In this document: positions 1 through 6,591 of the stretch, piece after piece
Layout of the letters: every line of letters begins with the position of its first letter
Numbering within the stretch: position 1 is the first letter of the stretch
NCBI RefSeq assembly: GCF_006345805.1
Contig: NW_021826912.1
Location: forward strand, 1-11,685
Length of the DNA: 11,685 nt
Direction of reading: 5' to 3'
DNA from: Octopus sinensis
Taxonomy: Eukaryota
Position numbers and translations under genes: made by a program
The notes under the pieces: model-generated
What the model was told of the DNA's origin: nothing
Databases searched by the model: none
The model's input: the letters and a program-made list of their open reading frames with translations, nothing else

Positions 1-124
1 ATATATATATATATATAGTATATAATATTTAATATATATATATATATATATATTATTACATATTATTATATATATATATATAGAATATATATTATATATA
101 TATATAATATATATATATATATAT
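1..124. repeat. Degenerate (TA)n microsatellite
   Basis: Near-continuous TA/AT dinucleotides with a few interruptions. Confidence 0.95.
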
Positions 125-366
125 TCGGTGACCTACTATTAAAAATAATAAAGAAAACAAAGTCGAAAAGTCTATTTATTTCACATAATTTCGAAACCTC
201 AAGTGCGTGACGGAGTCTGAAGATATAAATTTTAGACTTTGAGATTTCAACACTCTTATTTTTAAAGAAGTTCGTAAAAGAAAATCAATTCGTAATAATG
301 AAAGTAAAGGATAAAATGAGAAACGACTTACGTGTTATAAATTGATTTTTCGCTCATTATTCATAA

Positions 367-596
367 GGCGGTGTGCTGGCAGAATTGCTAGCACGCCGGG
401 CGAAATGCGTAGCCGTATTTCGTCTACCGTTACGTTCTGAGTTCAAATTCCGCCGAGGTCGACTTTGCCATTCATCCTTTCGGGGTCGATAAATTAGTAC
501 CAGTTATGCACTGGGGTCGATGTAATCGACTTAATCCGTTTGTCTGTCCTTGTTTGTCCCCTCTGTGTTTAGCCCCTTGTGGGTAGTAAAGAAATA
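367..596 (+). mobile_element. tRNA-type SINE, family 1, full-length copy
   Basis: Head GGCGGTGTGCTGGCAGAATTG with A-box-like TGGCAGAATTG (377-387) and B-box-like GAGTTCAAATTCC (439-451). Body CCTTTCGGGGTCGATAAATT.AGTACCAG; tail ends GTAAAGAAATA. Four further homologous copies occur in the window. Confidence 0.9.
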
Positions 597-780
597 GGTA
601 TTTCGTCTGCCGCTACGTTCTGAGTTCAAATTTCGCCGAGGTCGACTTTGCCTTTCATCCTTTCGGGGTCGATAAATTAAGTACCAGTTATGCACTGGGG
701 TCGATGTAATCGACTTAATCTCTTTGTCTGTCCTTGTTTGTCCCCTCTGTGTTTAGCCCCTTGTGGGTAGTAAAGAAATA
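597..780 (+). mobile_element. SINE family 1, headless tandem copy
   Basis: 184-bp near-identical repeat of 414-596, starting GGTATTTCGTC directly after the first tail. Possible short TSD for the whole unit: TATTCA at 358-363 and 781-786. Confidence 0.9.
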
Positions 781-1076
781 TATTCAAAATTTCAAGTTGG
801 CTGCGGAACTTAAAGATGTAAATTTAAGAACTTCAGATTTTAACACAGTTGTTGTTAAAGAGTTTTACAATAAAAGATATATACGTAAAGATATATCTTC
901 AAAATCTGTTGTTAGGTGTTCTAACAACGAAAGACACAAAGAGAAGAAGAGGTCAGACACAAAACCTTGTGAAGATTACAAAGGGAACATTATCCACCGC
1001 GGTGGATGAACTACTTTCAAATGATAAGAAAGGATAGTGAAGCGATCTTTAAATCGAAGTGGGGGTGGCATAGAGG

Positions 1077-1507
1077 TTTTCTTTATTAAACCAAAATGGT
1101 TTACATAGAGGGGACATCACAGGACAGACAAGGACATTTAGGGGACAAACACACATTCCTAAAAATTTAATGAGGAAACGGATGTATTTACACTAAAATG
1201 AACGGATGGAGTTTTAAAATTATATATGATGGGTGGGTTTCCGGGTTAATGGGTTAACCCGCCGACTGATTATCCCTTTTATTAGACGTTTCCTTCCTTT
1301 TATGCTTGGATTGGCCGTGCAAGCACGGCTCCTTGCATTCTCATCTTTCTTACGACTTCCGACCATTTTTTATCAAATACTCTTTGCGGCAGGTTCTTCC
1401 TCTCCAGGCGGATCTTGCTGGCAAGATGGGTGGCGAAGAGGTTCACCAGCCTTCGTCCGGAGATGAATTGGCCTGTCACAACCCCTTTCATTCTCGTCTT
1501 CCATACC
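1077..1507 (-). mobile_element. 3' end of an L1/Tx1-type non-LTR retrotransposon (ORF2 C-terminus plus 3' UTR)
   Basis: Minus strand reads VWKTRMKGVVTGQFISGRRLVNLFATHLASKIRLERKNLPQRVFDKKWSEV, resembling the L1/Tx1 ORF2 C-terminal W-K-x-R and F-x-x-x-W motifs. It is followed by a 3' UTR ending AATAAAGAAAA at 1077. Clade assignment comes from motif recognition only. Confidence 0.7.
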
Positions 1508-1723
1508 TATTTCTTTACTACCCACAAGGGGCTAAACACAGAGGGGACAAACAAAGACAGACAAACGGATTAAGTCGATTACATCGACCCAGTGCGTAAC
1601 TGGTACTTAATTTATCGACCCTGAAAGAATGAAAGGCAAAGTCGACCTCGGCGGAATTTGAACTCACAAGGCAGCGGCGGACGAAATACCCCTAAGCAGT
1701 TCTCCCGGCGTGCTAACGTTTCT
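1508..1723 (-). mobile_element. SINE family 1 copy A (lacks about 15 nt of head)
   Basis: Reverse complement of 367-596; tail TATTTCTTTACTACCC begins at 1508. Confidence 0.9.
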
Positions 1724-1954
1724 TATTTCCTTATTGCCCACAAGGGGCTAAACACAGAAGGGACAAACAAGGACAGACAAACGGATTAAGTCGATTACAT
1801 CGATTCCAGTGCATAACTGGTACTTAATTTATCGACCCCGAAAGGATAAAAGGAAAAGTCACCCTCGGCGGAATTTGAACTCAGAACGCAGCGGCGGACG
1901 AAATATCTCTAAGCAGTTCGCCCGACGTGCTAACGTTTCTGCCAGCTCGCCGCC
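1724..1954 (-). mobile_element. SINE family 1 copy B, full length
   Basis: Minus-strand head GGCGGCGAGCTGGCAGAAACG, B-box GAGTTCAAATTCC and complete tail. Confidence 0.9.
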
Positions 1955-1971
1955 TTATCGTCTTTCATACC

Positions 1972-2134
1972 TATTTCTTTATTACCCACAAGGGGCTAAA
2001 CACAGAGGGGACAAACAAGGACAGACATAGGTATTAAGTCGATTACATCGACCCCAGTGCGTAACTGGTACTTAATTTATCGACCCCGAAAGGATGAAAG
2101 GCAAAGTCGACCTCGGCGGTATTTGAACTCAGAA
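1972..2134 (-). mobile_element. SINE family 1 copy C, 5'-truncated, with 15-bp TSD
   Basis: Flanked by identical ATCGTCTTTCATACC at 1957-1971 and 2135-2149. Confidence 0.92.
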
Positions 2135-2206
2135 ATCGTCTTTCATACCGTTTCTTTCTATATGGTTACTATGCAGAGAAATACCACCTTCTTTGGTGAA
2201 AGTGGG
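2135..2206 (-). pseudogene. Upstream continuation of the L1/Tx1-type ORF2 fragment (degenerate)
   Basis: Minus strand reads PTFTKEG / frameshift / VVFLCIVTI*KETV*KT. This joins in frame to VWKTRMKG at 1507 once the SINE cluster and duplicated targets are removed. Confidence 0.6.
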
Positions 2207-2219
2207 AGAGCAGAAAGAG

Positions 2220-2280
2220 AGACGTCAGGATTGGAAGCGAGAAAGGAAGTGACGTCATATCAAGAAGCGGGAAATTTGAT
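2220..2280 (+). promoter_or_regulatory. Candidate Pol II proximal promoter motif cluster
   Basis: Within 61 bp: CRE-like AGACGTCA (2220-2227), reverse CCAAT (ATTGG, 2230-2234), overlapping ETS-CRE GGAAGTGACGTCA (2245-2257), E2F-like GCGGGAAA (2267-2274) abutting CHR-like TTTGAT (2275-2280). Confidence 0.5.
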
Positions 2281-2340
2281 TTGCTTCTTTCTTCGTTGAA
2301 CATCCGGAGCGAAGTTTTTCTCTCCAGCTCAAGGTAAGAG
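2281..2340 (+). other. Candidate non-coding first exon ending at a 5' splice donor
   Basis: AAG|GTAAGA with GT at 2334-2335, just downstream of the motif cluster. A second donor-like CAG|GTAAAA lies at 2403. The start coordinate is approximate. Confidence 0.35.
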
Positions 2341-2587
2341 CAACTTATTTCCCCCCCCCCCCCCGCCTCTTCTACGACAAGAACGCTGCTTCAAGGCCAC
2401 AGGTAAAATTCAAACGCTATTTCAGAAAAAGCACTACAGCGGGATATGGAAAATATTTTTTGGATTACTGTGTACCAAAGGGTCGCTGAAAAATTCCTGT
2501 CTTTAAGGATATTGCAAAAGGCTTTTTTAGAGCCCCAACCTTCAGAGTTCTTTTATGGGGCTTAGAAAAACTGAAGGAACGTTTCAG

Positions 2588-3239
2588 GGATCTTTTCGGT
2601 TTGAACGGCAGTTTTTTTTTAATAATTTCCACGTAACTAAACACTTTTAAACTTCGTATACTGGTATACTCCTTTAATTGATTAATGAAAACATCACACC
2701 ATTGTAAAGAAACCGTTTTCGTCAGATGAATTCATGAACTTCAAAATAAAGGACATTCTAAATGATTTAACACTTAAAATCCACGGAGCAAAAACATTTA
2801 CAATGATTAAGTTACTATTTCACTCAGCTGGGATCTTTTCGGTTTGAACGGCAGTTTTTAACATAATTTCCAGGTAACTAAACACTTTTAAACTTCGTAT
2901 ACTGGTAGAATGTGTTTATAAAACATCTTTTTCTCTTGGCTTTTTTGAAAAAAATTCTCTAGTTTGTGAGATATTTGTTGGGTTTTTTTTCTTCAATTTC
3001 TGCAATTTCAACCAATCAATGACGTCTATTGAGGTGAAAACATTCTGTGCCGTATGAAAATGTCCCTCGTTTAAGAAACAGATTGGGTTTATTTACATTT
3101 CTGAAGAAAAAAAAGCTACCCTTCCCCCTAACCCTAAAAGAGATTGAAATGCAATAGATCGATACAAGGGTCATAATTATGGGTGACAGTTTCATATGAC
3201 ACCACTAGAAAAAAACTGCCGTTCAAACCGAAAAGATCC
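2588..3239 (-). mobile_element. Composite GGATC-TIR MITE with 8-bp TSD (Merlin-like or hAT)
   Basis: TIR GGATCTTTTCGGTTTGAACGGCAGT at 2588, again at 2831, and inverted ending at 3239. Exact TSD CGTTTCAG at 2580-2587 and 3240-3247. 2831-3239 is a complete ~410-bp unit; 2588-2666 is an extra 79-bp terminus. Confidence 0.88.
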
Positions 3240-3469
3240 CGTTTCAGTAAGCGTGTGAACCTAGGAGGGGAATATGTTGAATAAAATCATATTTAACTGA
3301 TCCTCCTCTATTTTCTTTTACCAAAAGCCAGGAACTTTTCAGCCCCACCTCATATATTGGTTAGCATGTATTTATATGGAAATAAGATATTAAAATCACA
3401 GGTTTAATGGTGTACTTTTTATTAGGTATCGACAGGAACTTTCTGATACCACCTCGTGTGTATTATATA

Positions 3470-4036
3470 CACTACCGTCAGAAATTAATTAGCACCCTTG
3501 ATTTGCTCACCATGAAGCATGGTGGGGGTGGTCTGATGGTGTGAGGGGCGTTCAGCTACAGTGGTGTTGGGCGGCTCTATGCCGTCGAAGGCAACATCAA
3601 TGCAGCAAAGTACGTTGAGATAGTACGGGATACCTCTTTGGTGGCGAGGAGTACGTGCTGGCCAGTCACCTGACCTGAACCCTATTGAGAACCTCTGGAG
3701 TCGATTGGGTAGGGATTTGAATGTGCAGCAATACAGGAACCGACACGAGCTGTTTGGGGCACTTCTTGCTGCATGAGGGGCCATCCCTGCACAGTACCTG
3801 CAGGCACTCATAGACAGCATGCCGACCTGCGTAGCAGCTGTCATTGCTGCCAAAGGAGGAGCAACAAAATATTGACTAAATTTCACGATTAATAACAATT
3901 ATGTGGTGTGCTGGGATATGTTTTAATAAATTTTTGATTAAAAACGAGTTCGTTTCTGATAATAAGTTAATTAAATTAAGAAAATGTAAGAAAATGTAGA
4001 AATTTGAGAAGTGCTACTTAATTTCCGAAGCAAGTG
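3470..4036 (+). mobile_element. Internally deleted Tc1-family DNA transposon
   Basis: TA flanks at 3468-3469 and 4037-4038. 26-bp TIRs CACTACCGTCAGAAATTAATTAGCAC and CACTTGCTTCGGAAATTAAGTAGCAC (21/26 match). Transposase remnants inside. Confidence 0.93.
3509..3875 (+). pseudogene. Tc1 transposase C-terminal remnant
   Basis: TMKHGGGGLMV*GAFSYSGVGRLYAVEGNINAAKYVEIVRD ... QSPDLNPIENLW ... SMPTCVAAVIAAKGGATKY*. These are canonical Tc1 motifs. Two in-frame stops; regions carrying the first and second catalytic Asp are missing. Confidence 0.92.
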
Positions 4037-4091
4037 TATATAGGTGTGTATTATATATATAGGAGTACCACCTAGTGTGTATTATATATAC

Positions 4092-4476
4092 AGGAGTGGC
4101 TGTGTGGTAAGTAGCTTGCTAACCAACACATGGTTCCGGGTTCAGTCCCACTGCGTGGCATCTTGGGCAAGTGTCTTCTGCGATAGCCCCGGGCCGACCA
4201 ATGCCTTGTGAGTGGATTTGGTAGACGGAAACTGAAAGAAGCCTGTCGTATATATGTATATATATATGTGTGTCTGTGTTTGTCCCCATAGCATTGCTTG
4301 ACAACCGATGCTGGTGTGTTTACGTCCTCGTCACTTGGCGGTTCGGTAAAAGAGACCGATATTATAAGTACTGGGCTTACAAAAGAATAAGTCCCGGGGT
4401 CGATTTGCTCGACTAAAGGCGGTGCTCCAGCATGGCCGCAGTCAAATGACTGAAACAAGTAAAAGAGTAAAGAGTA
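4092..4476 (+). mobile_element. tRNA-derived CORE-like SINE, family 2, full length
   Basis: A-box TGGCTGTGTGG (4097-4107), B-box GGTTCAGTCCC (4139-4149), CORE-like TCTTGGGCAAGTGTCTT, internal TA/TG microsatellite, 3' hairpin CAGTCAAATGACTG and tail GTAAAAGAGTAAAGAG. Confidence 0.88.
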
Positions 4477-4485
4477 TATATATAT

Positions 4486-5480
4486 GGATCATTTCGGTTT
4501 GAACGGCAGTTTTTTCTAGCGGTGTCATATGAAATTGTCACCCATAATTATGACCCTAGAATCGATCTATTGCATTTCAATCTGTTTTAGGGTTAGGGGT
4601 GGGGGGAAGGCTCCTTTTTTTTTTCAGAAATGTAAATAAACCCAATCTATTTCTTAAACGAGGGACATATTCATACGGCACAGAATGTTTTTTTTTACCT
4701 CAATAGATGTCAGTGATTGGTTGAAATTGCAGAAATTGAAGAAAAAGCAACAACAAATATCTTACAAACTATAGAATTTTCTCAATAAAGCCAAGAGAAA
4801 AAGATGTTTTATAAACACATTCTACCAGTATACGAAGTTTAAAATTTTTTAGTTACCTAGAAATTATGTTAAACACTGCCGTTCAAACCGAAAAGATCTC
4901 AAATATCTTACAAACTATAGAATTTTCTCAATAAGCCAAGAGAAAAAGATGTTTTATAAACACATTCTATCAGTATACGAAGTTTAAAATTTTTTAGTTA
5001 CCTAGAAATTATGTTAAACACTGCCGTTCAAACCGAAAAGATCTCAAATATCTTACAAACTATAGAATTTTCTCAATAAAGCCAAGAGAAAAAGATGTTT
5101 TATAAACACATTCTATCAGTATACGAAGTTTAAAATTTTTTAGTTACCTAGAAATTATGTTAAACACTGCCGTTCAAACCGAAAAGATCTCAAATATCTT
5201 ACAAACTATAGAATTTTCTCAATAAAGCCAAGAGAAAAAGATGTTTTATAAACACATTCTATCAGTATACGAAGTTTAAAATTTTTTAGTTACCTAGAAA
5301 TTATGTTAAACACTGCGTTCAAACCGAAAAGATCTCAAATATCTTACAACTATAGAATTTTCTCAATAAAGCCAAGAGAAAAAGATGTTTTATAAACACA
5401 TTCTACCAGTATACGAAGTTTAAAATTTTTTAGTTACCTAGAAATTATGTTAAACACTGCCGTTCAAACCGAAAAGATCC
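4486..5480 (+). mobile_element. GGATC-TIR MITE with five tandem copies of its right end
   Basis: Left TIR GGATCATTTCGG at 4486; final right TIR ends GATCC at 5480. Flanks ATATATAT and ATTTATAT (7/8) are compatible with an 8-bp TSD in an AT tract. Confidence 0.88.
4754..5480 (+). repeat. Tandem array, 5 x 145-146 bp, MITE right terminus
   Basis: Units start CAAATATCTTAC at 4754, 4900, 5045, 5191 and 5336. They differ only by single-base indels and one C/T site (CTACCAG vs CTATCAG). Confidence 0.95.
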
Positions 5481-5927
5481 ATTTATATATATATATATAT
5501 ATATTAATTTATAATAGAAGGGTAAAATTTATTAGTTAAATTAATTAATTACTCTTCTATTGTTAATTTTAATTTATAATTTACTCCATGATAGAATATT
5601 GTAGTTTTCTGCGATATTGCTCGTAGCATACACGTGGGTATGGAGTTTGAATAGTGTATTCACATTCGGCTCTGTAAATTTTGGAAGTGTTGGTTGGATA
5701 TCTGTTACTCTTTTACTTGTTTCAGTCATTTTACTGTGGCCATGCTGGAGCACCGCCTTTAGTCGAGCAAATCGACCCCTGAACGTATTCTTTGGAAGGA
5801 AGCCTAGTACTTATTCTATCGGTCTGTTTTGCCGAACCGCTAAGTTACGGGGACGTAAACACACCAGCATCGGTTGTCAAGCGATGTTGGGGGACAAACA
5901 CAGACACACAACCATACACACACGCAC

Positions 5928-5960
<33 letters not shown>

Positions 5961-5982
5961 TATATATATATATATATATATA

Positions 5983-6180
5983 CTTTATTTAAAGAAGCAG
6001 AAAATTCAACAAAACCTGTTACTCTGAGTTTCACGTTCCCGTTCGTCAGACAGCTTTTGCTAGAATATGTTAAAATTTTCTGTTGAATTTTCTGCTGCTT
6101 TAAATAAAGCATATTACTCTACCACTGGTATTTGAGAACTCTTTTCTCCACCTTGTTTCACATTTATGTGTTTACTCCGG
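5983..6180 (-). mobile_element. 198-bp inverted-repeat element carrying a hammerhead ribozyme (Penelope pLTR / retrozyme-like)
   Basis: Bounded by (TA)n on both sides. 32-bp inverted repeat at 5983-6014 and 6078-6109 (30/32) encloses the ribozyme. The Penelope-like assignment is inferred from the ribozyme type. Confidence 0.65.
6016..6053 (-). ncRNA. Minimal type I hammerhead ribozyme
   Basis: Minus strand 5'-CUGU CUGACGA ACG GGAA CGU GAAA CUC A GAG UA^ACAG-3'. Intact CUGANGA and GAAA core; stem II ACG/CGU; stem III ACUC/GAGU around a 1-nt loop; GUA cleavage triplet; stem I CUGU/ACAG, extendable by AAAA/UUUU and further pairs after a G-G mismatch. Confidence 0.82.
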
Positions 6181-6591
6181 TATATATATATATATACGAC
6201 GGGCTTTTTGTTTCCGTCTACCAAATCCACTGACAATCCTTTGAATTTTATTGTTTCAAAGTTTGGTATTTGCATTTTTGTTGAATTTTTTTTAAGAATT
6301 TTTTTTTTTTAAATTTCTAAATATGCGGAAAAATACGGACATCGTGATTCGGACAAAAATTTCAAAACATTTCAGTACTAACGGTTAGGGTTAGGGTTAT
6401 CAGGGTTTAGTGTTGGGGGAAAAAAAGTCAAAATTACAGAAGTTGTGGGGAAAGGGGGGATTTTCACAATGCCGATTTTTGACAATTTTCCGGAACCTCC
6501 GTATCCGAAAACGGGGATTTTTGGCAAAACAAATAAATAAAAAAATTTAGGAGAAAATGGGGGTGGGGGCGGCCGGAAGTCTTTCCGCGCC

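Larger units (their letters stand above)
5707..6243 (-). mobile_element. SINE family 2 copy, head missing, interrupted in its internal microsatellite
   Basis: 5707 to about 5910 is the reverse complement of the 3' half of 4092-4476. After the CA/TA tract and the 5983-6180 insert, 6181-6243 resumes with homology to GTGGATTTGGTAGACGGAAAC. Confidence 0.85.

Noticed and set aside
734-2299. Plus-strand ORFs of 62-97 aa
   Set aside because: They overlap SINE copies, lie antisense to the LINE remnant, or cross element boundaries, and show no recognisable protein motif.
2705-2726. Second hammerhead candidate (minus-strand CTGACGA near 2719-2725)
   Set aside because: No GAAA follows the potential stem II, so the core is incomplete.
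3485-3898. 137-aa minus-strand ORF
   Set aside because: It is the antisense shadow of the Tc1 transposase remnant.
4092-4160. tRNA gene (also 367-451)
   Set aside because: A and B boxes are present, but there is no cloverleaf or terminator, and the sequence continues into SINE bodies.
4754-5480. CRISPR-like array
   Set aside because: Units are whole 146-bp repeats with no unique spacers, and the context is eukaryotic with no cas genes.
5513-5561. 13-bp inverted repeat (12/13); also an 8-bp hairpin at 10265-10283
   Set aside because: Short, AT-rich or isolated, with no TSD or second copy; compatible with chance.
4072-6112. ORFs with HTHT, IYIY or VCVC runs (also 8501-9162 and 10460-10699)
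   Set aside because: They are translations of SINE, microsatellite and Helitron sequence.
6384-6400. Telomere or chromosome-end signal
   Set aside because: Only 2-3 TTAGGG units, mostly embedded in MITEs.
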